A stretch of 64,000 nucleotides of DNA from Candidatus Eiseniibacteriota bacterium (GTDB lineage Bacteria; Orphanbacterota; Orphanbacteria; Orphanbacterales; Orphanbacteraceae). Below, piece after piece: positions 10,445 to 20,475 of the stretch (the stretch's first letter is position 1; each line of letters opens with the position of its first letter). The notes under the pieces are model-generated. The model did not search any database. It worked only from the letters and a program-made list of their open reading frames with translations, and was not told the origin of the DNA. Made by a program: the position numbers and the translations under genes. The stretch spans positions 1-64,000 of the forward strand of contig JBDROZ010000088.1 in assembly GCA_043809585.1 (NCBI GenBank), read 5' to 3'.

Positions 10445-11695
10445 TTGGTCTCTCCATATCAGGGCGGCGGGACGGGTTCGGATTCGGGTGCCTCCGTTCC
10501 GGCGAGAGGGCCCGTCCTTCTCGTCGCGCCCGAGCCGTTCTACGAGGACCGGGGGACGCCGATCGCGATCCGCCAGGTGCTGAAGGGTCTCAGCGATCTC
10601 GGCTACGAGGTCGACCTCCTGACATTTCCCTGCGGGGCCGACATCGAACTCCCCGGGCTCCGGATTCTTCGCATCCCGAATCCGTTCGGGATCCGGAGCG
10701 TGCCGATCGGATTCTCATTCCGCAAAATCCTGCTCGATCTGGTGCTCGCCTCGTCCCTCCGTCGCCGCCTCCGGGAGAGGCCGTACATCCTCGTTCACGC
10801 CGTGGAGGAGGGGGCGTTTCTCGCCGCCTGGATCGCGGGGCCCCGGGGGGTTCCCGTCCTCTACGACATGCAGTCTTCCCTCCCCGAACAGTTGACCCGG
10901 TACGCCGTCTGCCGGCTCCGTCCCGTGCGGAAGGCGCTCTTCGCCTGCGAGCGGTGGCTTCTCTCCCAGGTCGACATGGTCGTCTGCAGCACCGGCCTAC
11001 AAGCCCACGTTCGAGCCCGGGCGCCGTCGGCCGCCGTCTCCGAGTGGCGCTTTTCGAGCGTCTGGCCGGGGGACGCGTCGATCGAAGAGGTGGCGAGGCT
11101 CCGCGAAAGGCTCGGAATCGGGAATGGGAAGAGGGTCGTGATGTACAGCGGATCTTTCGCGCCCTATCAGGGGCTTCCGACACTCCTCGACGCGGTCCCC
11201 CGGGTGCTCCGGGAAGTGCCGGAGACGGTTTTCGTCTTGGTGGGGGCCGACGGGAAGAAGAACGGAGCCCCCTGGCGGGATGCGGACCGCATGATCGAAG
11301 AGGGAACCCTCCTGGTCCTCCCGCGCCGCCCGAGGGAGGAGATGAGCACGTTCTACGCCCTCGCCGACGTGGTCGTCTCTCCCCGCGCCTACGGGAACAA
11401 CCTTCCTCTGAAGGTCTACGACTACATGGCGGCCGGACGTCCGATCGTCGCCACCGACAACGGAAGCCACCGGAAGCTGCTCGACGAGAAGTGCGCGATT
11501 CTCGTCCGCCCCGACGCGGATTCCCTCTCGGGGGGAATCGTCCGCCTCCTCCGGGACGGCGATGAGGCGGCCCGCTTGGGCGCCGCCGCCCGATCCCTTG
11601 CCCGGGAGCAACTTCAGGAGATCTCCTTCTTGGATTTCCTGGCGAGGCGATACGAGGCCCTCGGCGCGGGGAAGGGCGTTCATGGCCGAGGATAG
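10445..11695 (+). CDS. Glycosyltransferase family 4
   Basis: RGTPIA, YSGSFAPYQG, PLKVYDYMAAGRPIVAT motifs. TTG start at 10445 after GAAGGGGA is inferred. Confidence 0.85.
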   Translation: MVSPYQGGGTGSDSGASVPARGPVLLVAPEPFYEDRGTPIAIRQVLKGLSDLGYEVDLLTFPCGADIELPGLRILRIPNPFGIRSVPIGFSFRKILLDLVLASSLRRRLRERPYILVHAVEEGAFLAAWIAGPRGVPVLYDMQSSLPEQLTRYAVCRLRPVRKALFACERWLLSQVDMVVCSTGLQAHVRARAPSAAVSEWRFSSVWPGDASIEEVARLRERLGIGNGKRVVMYSGSFAPYQGLPTLLDAVPRVLREVPETVFVLVGADGKKNGAPWRDADRMIEEGTLLVLPRRPREEMSTFYALADVVVSPRAYGNNLPLKVYDYMAAGRPIVATDNGSHRKLLDEKCAILVRPDADSLSGGIVRLLRDGDEAARLGAAARSLAREQLQEISFLDFLARRYEALGAGKGVHGRG

Positions 11696-12650
11696 GGAGG
11701 CCGGCCGCGATCGGGTCTCGGTGGTGATCCCCGCCCGGAACGAGGGGGGCCGTATCGGCTCGGTCGTCCGCACCGTGCTCGGCCAGGCGACGAACGAAAC
11801 GGAAGTGGAAGTGATCGTGGTCGACGACGGTTCCACGGACGGGACCGAGGGGGAGGCGCGGGCGGCGGGCGCGCGGGTCCTCGGCCCGGGAGAGGCCGGC
11901 GGCGGGAATCCGGCGGCGGCCCGCAACCGGGGAGCGGCCGCGGCGACCGGAAGTATCCTGGTCTTCCTGGACGCCGACTGCCTTCCCGTCCCGGGTTGGC
12001 TCGCGGCCCTTCTCGGCGGCTACCGCCGGGGAATCGACGCGGTGGGAGGTTCCCTCGCGCTCCCCCCCGGCCTCCCCCTCTTCGCGCGGTGCGATCACTA
12101 CTGCGGGACCTACCACATGCATCCGAGGCGGAAGAGGGGAATCGTCGGCCACCACACCCCGTGCAATCTGAGCGTCCGGAAGGAAGCATTCGCGGAAACC
12201 TCCCGTTTCCTCGCGGAGGGCCCCGCCTCTTACGCCCACGAGGAACTCCACTGGCAGGAGGAGCTTCGGGCGAGGGGGGGCGCGATCCTCTTCGAGCCGT
12301 CGGCGAAGGTCTATCACCACGACCGCCCCGGTCTCGTCAATCTGCTCCGGCGGAACTACCGGTGGGGGTTCAGCGCCGTCGAGGCGAAGGCCGGACGGGG
12401 CACGGTCCGTTTCTCCCACCTCTACGGTCGTCCCTGGGTCGCCGTCGTGATGAGCCTCCCCCTGGCGATTCCGTCCACCGTCTACGTGGTCTTCTGCTGG
12501 CTGCGGGTCGGGGTGTACGAACCTCTCCTGCTCTTTCCGTTGGTTCTCGCGGCCCGTATCGCTTACGGTTTCGGGATGATGATCGGCGGGATTCGATGGC
12601 TCGGGCGGCGGCGGCGGGCCTCCGGGGAGGGGGGCCGCGATGAACGGTGA
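11682..12650 (+). CDS. Glycosyltransferase family 2
   Basis: VSVVIPARNE, VVDDGSTD, ARNRGA, FLDADC motifs; C-terminal TM helices. Confidence 0.9.
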   Translation: MAEDREAGRDRVSVVIPARNEGGRIGSVVRTVLGQATNETEVEVIVVDDGSTDGTEGEARAAGARVLGPGEAGGGNPAAARNRGAAAATGSILVFLDADCLPVPGWLAALLGGYRRGIDAVGGSLALPPGLPLFARCDHYCGTYHMHPRRKRGIVGHHTPCNLSVRKEAFAETSRFLAEGPASYAHEELHWQEELRARGGAILFEPSAKVYHHDRPGLVNLLRRNYRWGFSAVEAKAGRGTVRFSHLYGRPWVAVVMSLPLAIPSTVYVVFCWLRVGVYEPLLLFPLVLAARIAYGFGMMIGGIRWLGRRRRASGEGGRDER

Positions 12651-13458
12651 GAGACGGGGCGCCGAATTCCTCCGTCCGCCCCGGAACCGGTTCGAGGAAG
12701 TGTGGCGCCACCGTTATCTGCTCCGGAGCCTCGTGGTCCGGGACCTCAAGGTCAAATACCAGAGATCGTCCCTCGGGTTCGTCTGGACCTTTCTGAACCC
12801 CCTTCTCATGGCGGCCATCCTCGTCGCCGTCTTCCGGATCGTCATTCGCATCCGGATCGAGCACTACTGGGCGTTCGTCCTCTCCGGCTACTTCGTCTGG
12901 AACACGGTGCAGCACATCATCCTCGCCGGCTCCTTCATCCTCCAGGAACACGGGCGGCTGACCCGGAGCGTGGCGTTTCCGAAGGAGATCCTCCTCTTCG
13001 GAGCCGCGGTATCCCGGCTCGTGGAGTTCACGGCGGAGATCGCGCTGATCCTGATCGTTCTCGCCGTCGCCCACCACCGATCGGTGCCGGGGAGCTTCGC
13101 TCTTCTCCCCCTCCTCGTGATGATCCAGTTCCTGATCGCCGTCGGGATCATGCTCCCCGTCGCCACGGCCTCGATCCTGTACAGGGACGTGCAGCACACG
13201 CTCCCACTTCTGGTCACGTCCCTCTTCTATCTCACGCCGATCTTCTACCCCGCCTCGATGGTTCCGGCGCGGTTCCAGCCGTTCTACTTTCTCAACCCCT
13301 TCGCCGGACTGGTCACTCTGTTCCATCAGGCGCTCTACGAGGGCCGCTTCCCGTCCATGGCGCTACTGGCCGGAACGCTCGCCGCGGGGATCGTGATCTT
13401 CACCCTCGGATATCGCGTGTTCTTGCGTTACGAGGATGTGTGCAATGAACTCTCGTAA
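12640..13458 (+). CDS. wzm: ABC-2 polysaccharide export permease (Wzm-like)
   Basis: RDLKVKYQRSSLGFVWTFLNPL, YRDV, YLTPIFYP, LNP motifs; multiple TM helices. Confidence 0.9.
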   Translation: MNGERRGAEFLRPPRNRFEEVWRHRYLLRSLVVRDLKVKYQRSSLGFVWTFLNPLLMAAILVAVFRIVIRIRIEHYWAFVLSGYFVWNTVQHIILAGSFILQEHGRLTRSVAFPKEILLFGAAVSRLVEFTAEIALILIVLAVAHHRSVPGSFALLPLLVMIQFLIAVGIMLPVATASILYRDVQHTLPLLVTSLFYLTPIFYPASMVPARFQPFYFLNPFAGLVTLFHQALYEGRFPSMALLAGTLAAGIVIFTLGYRVFLRYEDVCNELS

Positions 13459-14224
13459 TGCCTCGGCGCCGTCGATCCTGGAATGCCGGGGGGTGTTGAA
13501 GCGCTATCACTATTACAGCCACAGGACGACGACCATGCGGGAGTGGTTCATCCGCGCCCTGAAGGGGCGGCCGACCCACGTGAAGGGGCCGGAATTCGTT
13601 CTCGGCAAAGTGGACCTGCAAGTGAAGAGAGGCGAGGTGGTCGCCCTCGTCGGCCCGAACGGATCGGGGAAGAGCACGCTCCTCCGTCTCATCGCCGGGA
13701 TTTACAAGCCGACGGAAGGGTCGATCGAGATCCGGGGGCGCCTCGCCGCGGTGATGGAACTGGGCGTCGGCTTCCATCCCGAACTGACCGGCGCGGAAAA
13801 TGCGGCCCTGAGCGGCGCGATCATGGGGCTCCGGCCCAAGGAACTGCAGTCGGTGCTCCCCGAGATCTTCGAATTCGCGGACATCGGAGGCTTCATCGAC
13901 ACGCCGGTGAAGTACTACTCCTCCGGAATGCAGGCCCGGCTCGCGTTCGCCGTCTCCATGGGCGTGGAGCCGGACATCATCCTCCTGGACGAAGTCCTCG
14001 CCGTGGGGGACGAGTCGTTCCGCCACCGGTGCTACGAGCGGCTCGAGTCTTTCCGGGCCTCGGGCAGGACGATTCTCATGGTCAGCCACGACCTCGAAGG
14101 GGTGCGGAGATTCTGCGAGCGGGCGATCTGGCTCGACGGAGGACGCATCCGGGCCTCCGGGCCGTCGGGGGATGTGGTGGACGCCTACCTCCGGGCCGTC
14201 GCGGGAGAGACCGGGCCCGCCTAG
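13445..14224 (+). CDS. wzt: ABC polysaccharide export ATPase (Wzt-like, no C-terminal carbohydrate-binding domain)
   Basis: Walker A GPNGSGKST, GFHPELTG, YSSGMQARLAF, LLDEVLAVGD, VSHD. Confidence 0.92.
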   Translation: MNSRNASAPSILECRGVLKRYHYYSHRTTTMREWFIRALKGRPTHVKGPEFVLGKVDLQVKRGEVVALVGPNGSGKSTLLRLIAGIYKPTEGSIEIRGRLAAVMELGVGFHPELTGAENAALSGAIMGLRPKELQSVLPEIFEFADIGGFIDTPVKYYSSGMQARLAFAVSMGVEPDIILLDEVLAVGDESFRHRCYERLESFRASGRTILMVSHDLEGVRRFCERAIWLDGGRIRASGPSGDVVDAYLRAVAGETGPA

Positions 14225-14539
14225 AGGCCATGAGTTTCGGTTTCACGGTCTTCCTCCTCACCGAAGACCCTCGGAGCCTCCCACATCTCCGGGGAACTCC
14301 ATCATCCCTGATCGGCCGAACCGGCGTAACCTGTTGGTCGTCGGAAACTTCAGCGCCTAGCGGCGCTTCGCCGCCCGGAAAGTCCGCCGCCCCGGCGAGG
14401 AATCGCCCAAACCTCTTGTTCCGCCGCCGAAAAGGTGGTATTCGTTTGAGGCTGTGGCTCCGTAAACGGACGTTGGGAGGGTGCGGCCGAACCCGGCCGG
14501 CATCCGGCGCGTAACCTGAAGAGTAGAGAGGAACGGTCT

Positions 14540-15007
14540 ATGAGAAGAATCGGTGCTCTGGCGATCGTGCTTTGTTGCTCCTTGGTCCTCGCCGGCACGG
14601 CCTTCGCCGACCGGTCGAACACGGGCTGTGGAATCGGGACCATGATCTTCGAGGGGAAGGAAGGGCTGCTCTCCCAGATCTGCGCGGCGACCTTCAACGG
14701 CTCCTTCGGGAACCAGACCTTCGGGATCACGTCGGGAACTCTCGAGTGCAAGCCCGCCCCGTCCTTCGTGGCTTTCGAGCGGCTGAACAAGTTCGTCGGC
14801 GACAACATGGACAATCTGGCCATGGATATCTCCAAGGGGAACGGGGAGTACCTGACCACCCTGGCGGTGCTTCTCGACGTTCCGGTGGAGCAGCGGCCCG
14901 CTCTGTACGGCCGGCTGCAGGCGAACTTCTCCAACATCTACACGAGCGAGAACGTGACCCACATCGATGTGCTGAACAACATCGAGACGGTGCTGTCGGC
15001 GAGCTAA
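14540..15007 (+). CDS. DUF3015-family secreted protein
   Basis: Signal peptide; GCGIG, TFNGSFGNQTFGITSGTLEC, LAMDISKGNGEYL motifs. Confidence 0.85.
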   Translation: MRRIGALAIVLCCSLVLAGTAFADRSNTGCGIGTMIFEGKEGLLSQICAATFNGSFGNQTFGITSGTLECKPAPSFVAFERLNKFVGDNMDNLAMDISKGNGEYLTTLAVLLDVPVEQRPALYGRLQANFSNIYTSENVTHIDVLNNIETVLSAS

Positions 15008-15018
15008 GGGTTTTTCGA

Positions 15019-16950
15019 TTGAGTCTTGGACAGGGGAGTGCGCGGACGGTTCTACTGGTCGGCGCGCTCCCTTTGCTTTTTCTTCTCGTCCACCCGCCGG
15101 GGGCGGGCGCTTCCGGCCTCCCCGCCCCGGAAGCGACCTACGTCCGGGAACTGGTCGATCTCGCCCGGGCCGCGAAGCTCCACGAAGACCCGTACTGGCG
15201 GACCCTCCTCCACTGCAAGCAGGGCCTCTTCGGGCCGGGAAGCCTCGTGGACGACCCGAAGTTCTTCGCCTCCCCGAAGGGGAAGCACGACCCCGAGGCC
15301 GAGCTGGAGGCGACGATCCGCTCCTTCTTCCTCCCTCCCCCCGAGGAGGGGAAGCACCCGGTCTGCCGCTTCGCGGCCCGCTTCGACTGGCTGAAGGAGA
15401 AGCTCGAGATCGACGAGTCCCGGCTCCCGGTTCCCGTCTGCGGCCCCTTCGAGGAGCTGATGGACCGGATCCGGCCCGAGTCGATCACCTTGATCTTCCC
15501 GACGTCCCACATGAACAGCCCGGCTTCCATGTACGGGCACACGCTCCTGACCGTCGACACCGCTTACGACAGCGAGCTCCTCTCGTACGCGATCAACTAC
15601 TCGGCGGTGACCGACGAGACCTTCGGGCCTTACTACATCGCGAAGGGACTCTTCGGCCTCTACAAGGGCTATTTTTCGATCCTCCCCTACTACGCGAAGC
15701 TGCAGGAGTACCGGGACGTCAACGACCGGGACATCTGGGAGTACCCCCTCGACCTCGACGACGGCGAGATCCGGCGGCTCCTGCTGCACATCTACGAACT
15801 GGAGGACGTCTACTCGGACTACTTCTTCTTCAACGAGAACTGCTCCTACGATCTGCTCTTCCTGCTGGACGCCGCCCGGCCCGGCCTCGGTCTGACCGAC
15901 AGGTGCGCCTGGTGGGTGATCCCTCTCGACACGATCCGGGAGATAAAAAAGAGCGGCCTCGTACGGGACGTGGTCTACCGGCCGTCGAAGTCGACGAAGA
16001 TCAAGCATATCGCTTCCCTTCTGCCGGAGAGGGGGATCGACGACGCCCTCGCCGTCGCCCGGGGGGATTTGGAGCCGGAGAAGATCGCCGAGGCGGACAT
16101 GCCCAAAGAAGAGAAGATCCTCGTGTGCGACCTGGCCTCCGAGTATCTTCAGTACGAGTACATGGGAGGGAAACTGGCGAAGGATGCCTACATCGATCGC
16201 TTCATGAAGACCTTGAAGGCCCGAAGCGATCTCGGCGGGGCCGGGGAGGAGCGGTACGCGATTCCCCCTCCGGCGCGGCCGGACGAGGGGCACCACTCGA
16301 ACCGGGTGAGCGTCGGATACGGCGTTACCGAGGACCGGCCGTTCCAGGAACTCCGGCTCCGGCCGGCATATCATGTTCTTCTCGACAACGACGGCGGCTA
16401 CAAGAGAGGATCCCAGATCGTCTTCTTCGAATTCGCCCTCCGGTACCACTCGGGGGACGACCGGCTCGAGATGGAGTCCCTCAACCTGATCGACATCCTC
16501 TCCCTCGCCCCCCGGGACCGCTTCTTCGCGCACACGTCGTGGAAGATCGGGACCGGGTTCTTCCGGAGAACCATGGAGGACGGGAGGAGGTCCATGGTCT
16601 ACGGACTGAACCCCGGCTTCGGGCGGGCCTACGAGAGCGACATCCTCGGCCTCTGGTATCTGATGATCGAGACCGATCTCCACGTGGGCGGGGCCTTGGA
16701 TGGGGGCCATTCGGCCGGGGCGGGCGCGTCGACGGGAATCCTCAGGAACCTGACGGGGCGATGGAAACTCCATCTCTTCGCCCGGGACGTCTATCATGGG
16801 CTCGGAGACCGGGACAATCTCTTCCGGGCCGGGCTCGGGCAGAATTTCGAGATCAGCGCCGACCGGAGTCTCACGGCGGAGGTCGGGGCCCGCATCGAGC
16901 GGGAAGAGACGGAAATCGAATCATCGATTCGCTTGAACGCGTTCTTCTAG
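15019..16950 (+). CDS. DUF4105 (Lnb N-terminal-like) domain protein with C-terminal beta-barrel-like region
   Basis: SPASMYGHT, RDIWEY, YFFFNENCSY motifs; ends in aromatic FF. TTG start is inferred; it is the C-terminal part of ORF 14572..16950. Confidence 0.8.
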   Translation: MSLGQGSARTVLLVGALPLLFLLVHPPGAGASGLPAPEATYVRELVDLARAAKLHEDPYWRTLLHCKQGLFGPGSLVDDPKFFASPKGKHDPEAELEATIRSFFLPPPEEGKHPVCRFAARFDWLKEKLEIDESRLPVPVCGPFEELMDRIRPESITLIFPTSHMNSPASMYGHTLLTVDTAYDSELLSYAINYSAVTDETFGPYYIAKGLFGLYKGYFSILPYYAKLQEYRDVNDRDIWEYPLDLDDGEIRRLLLHIYELEDVYSDYFFFNENCSYDLLFLLDAARPGLGLTDRCAWWVIPLDTIREIKKSGLVRDVVYRPSKSTKIKHIASLLPERGIDDALAVARGDLEPEKIAEADMPKEEKILVCDLASEYLQYEYMGGKLAKDAYIDRFMKTLKARSDLGGAGEERYAIPPPARPDEGHHSNRVSVGYGVTEDRPFQELRLRPAYHVLLDNDGGYKRGSQIVFFEFALRYHSGDDRLEMESLNLIDILSLAPRDRFFAHTSWKIGTGFFRRTMEDGRRSMVYGLNPGFGRAYESDILGLWYLMIETDLHVGGALDGGHSAGAGASTGILRNLTGRWKLHLFARDVYHGLGDRDNLFRAGLGQNFEISADRSLTAEVGARIEREETEIESSIRLNAFF

Positions 16951-16962
16951 CCGAGAGAATTC

Positions 16963-17571
16963 ATGACCACAAAACTGTGGATTGTCGTTCTCCTTCTCCT
17001 CCTTCCCGCCTGCGCCTCCGTCCCGCACGAGGGGGTACCGGGGCCGGCCGGCGGTCTCCCTCCTCCGGAAAGGGAAACATCGGGAGCGCCGACGCTCGGG
17101 GCGGAATCGATCGACGGTTCGATCGCCGAACTCCTCGCGGAGAGCGAGGCCGACTCGTGCTCCATCTGCGCCCGGGAAGCCCGGGAACGGGCCTTTGCCA
17201 TCGCCGAAGAGCGGTTCCCTCCGGGCGCCCTCGTGAAGAGCGAGGGGGATGAGCGCTTCTGGCTCCTCCCCGGGGAGCCGAACACCTTGGCCCTCGGTTC
17301 CTCCCCGCCGGGGGACCCCGTGATCGTCTTCCGCTTCCACACGGCCGGAGAGCGGCTCATCGGAGTCAACCCCGCCGATCTGACCCCCGACGACCTCGCC
17401 GGTTCCCTCCTCTCCGAACCGCCGGGTACTTCGCTGCATGGGATCATCGAGGCCATTCCGTACGTCTACGGCGACGGCCCGACCTTCCTCTACCAGCCGA
17501 CGAGCGGCCGCCTCGTCGTGATGTGCCGGATCGTGAAGAGATGGCAGTGGAAGCCGGGCGCCACGCAATGA
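16963..17571 (+). CDS. Hypothetical lipoprotein
   Basis: Lipobox LPAC after a hydrophobic stretch; CSIC motif; directly downstream of the DUF4105 gene. Confidence 0.65.
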   Translation: MTTKLWIVVLLLLLPACASVPHEGVPGPAGGLPPPERETSGAPTLGAESIDGSIAELLAESEADSCSICAREARERAFAIAEERFPPGALVKSEGDERFWLLPGEPNTLALGSSPPGDPVIVFRFHTAGERLIGVNPADLTPDDLAGSLLSEPPGTSLHGIIEAIPYVYGDGPTFLYQPTSGRLVVMCRIVKRWQWKPGATQ

Positions 17572-17573
17572 AA

Positions 17574-17601
17574 AGCCCTCCGGCCGGATCGCCGGAGGGC
17601 T
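17574..17601. terminator. Bidirectional terminator-like hairpin between convergent genes
   Basis: AGCCCTCCGGC-CGGATC-GCCGGAGGGCT perfect 11-bp stem, preceded by an A-tract. Confidence 0.65.
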
Positions 17602-17649
17602 CACTTTGTCGGCTCCGCTCGTCCGCCTTATCGGCAGAGGGCATCGCCT

Positions 17650-18117
17650 CTAGACCAGTTCCTTGACCTTCGCGAGCAGTTCCGCCGGCACGCGGGCGCC
17701 GCCGGGGCCCACCGATTCCGACCAGAGCACCTTGCCGTCTTTGCCGATCAGAACGGTCGCGCGGTCGGAGATGCCGGGGCCGTCGAGCCAGAGACCGTAC
17801 TTCTTGGCGACCTCGCCTTTCGGGTGGAAATCGGACATGAGGGGGTACCGGATCCCGCTGAATCCGGCCGCCCACGCTTTGTGGCAGAACTTCGAATCCA
17901 CGCTCATACCCAGAACCTGGGTGTTCGCCGCGTCGAACTGCTCGAGGAGCGCGTTCAGACCCGGGATCTCGATGCTTCAAGTGGGCGTGAAATCGAGCGG
18001 ATAGGAGACGAGCAGCACGTTCTTCGAGCCGCGGTAGGCCGCCAGCGACATTTTCTTGTCGATGTGGCTGTCGAGCTCGAAATCAGGCGCCGTCGCTCCT
18101 GCGGCGATCAAGGCCAT
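17650..18117 (-). CDS. AhpC/TSA-family peroxiredoxin, selenocysteine at codon 47 (UGA 17979-17977)
   Basis: Track ORFs 17977..18213 and 17650..17907 are in frame and join across TGA: ...YPLDFTPT-U-SIEIPGL...SVDS...DRAT. UGA sits at the peroxidatic Cys of PxxxTxxC. GGAGG RBS before ATG 18117. Confidence 0.88.
17940..17976 (-). promoter_or_regulatory. Candidate bacterial SECIS element
   Basis: 3' of the UGA the mRNA reads AGCAUCGAGAUCCCGGGUCUGAACGCGCUCCUCGA, with UCGAG/CUCGA pairing and a CGG-GU-CUG core similar to the E. coli fdhF CAG-GU-CUG SECIS apex. Confidence 0.5.
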
Positions 18118-18466
18118 GGAACTTACCTCCGATTGTTTCGGGTTTCGTGTCCGCGCGGCCGGAGCCGGGGGCCGCGTTCCTCTTAAAGTAATGACTCGCC
18201 GGCTGTCCGGCAAGCCGGGCCGCCCCCCCCCCGGGGCTGTTCCGGATCCGGAAGGGCCGCCGATCCATGGGGCGGCGGGCCTGCATGCGCGTTACTCGTT
18301 GCACGGCAATCACTCGCGTCGCCCGATCTTCTTCGGTGGGCCGTGGAGGGACACCCCACCCCCCGTCTCCTGCCGGCCGAAACCGATCCGATCAAGGGGA
18401 ACGGCTCGCGGGTGCCCGAACGGCGGTGCGTCCTCCCGTTCCCGCCCCATCTCCGGGATCGGGATC

Positions 18467-20233
18467 TCAGAAACTCCAGAAGCGCGGAATGAAGGTGACG
18501 GAAAGAATCCAGAACAAGATGCTGAGCGGAACGCCCGTGCGCAGGAAATCGGTGTACTTGTAACCGCCGGGGTTGTAGATCATCGTGTTCGTCTGGTATC
18601 CGACGGGCGTCGAGAAGCCGGTCGAGGCGGCGAAGGTGATCGCCATCAGGAGCGGCCGCGGGTCGACGCCGATCTGCTCCGCCGTCGAGATGGCGATCGG
18701 CGCGAGCAGCACCGCCGCCGCATTGTTGCTCATCGTATCGGTCATCACCGACGTCATCAGGTAGACGACGGCAAGCACGGCGACCGGGCCCATCGACCCG
18801 ACGACTCCCACGGCCTTTTCCGCGATGAGCCCGGCCGCGCCGCTCGTCTGCATGGCGATGCCGAGCGGCAGGATGCCGGCGAGCAGGAAGATCACCTGCC
18901 AGTTGATGGCGCGATAGGCTTCCTCCAATCGCAGGCAACGGGTCAGCACCATCGCCAGGCAGCCGAGGAGCGCCGTGACCAGGATGGGGAGGATGTCGAG
19001 CGCCGCGAGCCCGACGACGGCGGCGAGGATCCCGAATACCAAGGGTGCCTTGTGCCGCAACCCCACCCCCGGCACCTCGTCGAGGACGATGAAGTCCCCG
19101 TCGCGCCGGAGCGCCTTGATCTGCTCCTCGTGCGCCTGGATCAGCAGGGCGTCTCCGAGGCCGAGCTCGACCGAGTTGAGCTTGTCCCGAATCGGTTCTC
19201 CCCGCCGCTGGATCGCCAGGACCAGCGCCTTGTAGCGATTGCGGAAGTCGAGCTCCTTGAGGTCGTGGCCGATGAGGGTCGATCCCGGCGCGACCAGTGC
19301 CTGGACGAGGCGCATGTCCTCGGTCTGGAGGGTCTCGTCGCGCAGCTTGAAATCGACGTTGAGTTCCAGTTTCGCCGATTCCCGAAGGCGCATCAGCTCG
19401 CCGATCTTGCCGCGGACGAGCAGCACGTCGCCCCCCATGAGCGCCTGGCGGAGGGGGGCCCACACCGCCTTCTTGACGTGCAGGAGGCGCAGGATCGTGA
19501 CGTCGTGGGTCTCGCCGAGCCGGCTTTCCATCACGGACTTGCCGATCAGCGGCGACTTCTCGCCGATCCGGAGCTCGGTGATGTACTCCCCCAGCTGATA
19601 GGCGACGGCGAGTTCCTGCGCCTGACGCTCGGGGAGCAGCCAGCGTCCCAGGAGCAGGAAGAAGAGCACGCCCCCGACGAAGAGGATGAGTCCCATCCGG
19701 CTGAACTCGAACATGGAGAACGCCCCGTAGCCGGCCTGTTCGGAAATCGCGCTCACCAGCAGGTTCGTGGACGTGCCGATGAGCGTACAGACGCCGCCGA
19801 ACTGCGAGGCGTAGGAGAGCGGGATGAGCAGCCTCGAGGCGGCGATCTTGCGGCGGTTCGCGACGATCATCACCAGGGGGATGAACACGGCGACCGCCGC
19901 CGTGTTGTTGATGAAGGCCGAGATGACGGTGATCGAACCCATGATGACCACGAGCGCGGCGAAGTAGTTGCGCCCGAAGCGCACCATCAGCTGCCCGATG
20001 GCGGCCGTGGCACCGGTCTTCTGAAGTCCGGCGCTCAGTATGAACATCGCCGCCACCGTCACGGTCGCCGGGTTGCTGAAGCCGGAGATCCCCTCCTCCG
20101 GGGTGACCAGCCGGAGCGCGAGAAGCACTCCCAGCACGAGCAGGGCGACGAAGTCGATCGGGTACTTTTCCGTAACGAATAGGGCGACCGCGCCGGCGAG
20201 GATCGACATGACCAGAATCGCTTCGAGCGGCAT
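18467..20233 (-). CDS. SLC13/CitMHS-type permease with two TrkA-C domains
   Basis: SGFSNPATVTVAAMF, SAFINNTA, TLIGTSTNL, SNNAAA, TPVGYQTNTMIYNPGGYKYTDF motifs. Confidence 0.92.
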   Translation of the reverse strand: MPLEAILVMSILAGAVALFVTEKYPIDFVALLVLGVLLALRLVTPEEGISGFSNPATVTVAAMFILSAGLQKTGATAAIGQLMVRFGRNYFAALVVIMGSITVISAFINNTAAVAVFIPLVMIVANRRKIAASRLLIPLSYASQFGGVCTLIGTSTNLLVSAISEQAGYGAFSMFEFSRMGLILFVGGVLFFLLLGRWLLPERQAQELAVAYQLGEYITELRIGEKSPLIGKSVMESRLGETHDVTILRLLHVKKAVWAPLRQALMGGDVLLVRGKIGELMRLRESAKLELNVDFKLRDETLQTEDMRLVQALVAPGSTLIGHDLKELDFRNRYKALVLAIQRRGEPIRDKLNSVELGLGDALLIQAHEEQIKALRRDGDFIVLDEVPGVGLRHKAPLVFGILAAVVGLAALDILPILVTALLGCLAMVLTRCLRLEEAYRAINWQVIFLLAGILPLGIAMQTSGAAGLIAEKAVGVVGSMGPVAVLAVVYLMTSVMTDTMSNNAAAVLLAPIAISTAEQIGVDPRPLLMAITFAASTGFSTPVGYQTNTMIYNPGGYKYTDFLRTGVPLSILFWILSVTFIPRFWSF

Positions 20234-20475
20234 GACTGCGGTCAATCCCGTTTATGGCCCTTTGAATCGCGTGCCCGCCGCCTCGAAGGGATCGAAGCCG
20301 CGGCCCCGGGTCGAACTCCACAACAAGATACCCACTCCCCCGGCGCATCACAACCATGAAGGGGGAGGCGTCCGGGCCGACGGCCCTTAATTCAAGCACG
20401 AACTCTTTCATAATCATGTGGTTATGCCGACACCACACCTTCATGGCCCCCTCGCGACGTCCCCGGCCGAGGGCG

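Noticed and set aside
17650-18213. Peroxiredoxin pseudogene or two small genes
   Set aside because: The single stop is UGA precisely at the catalytic Cys position with intact flanks, which is better explained by selenocysteine.
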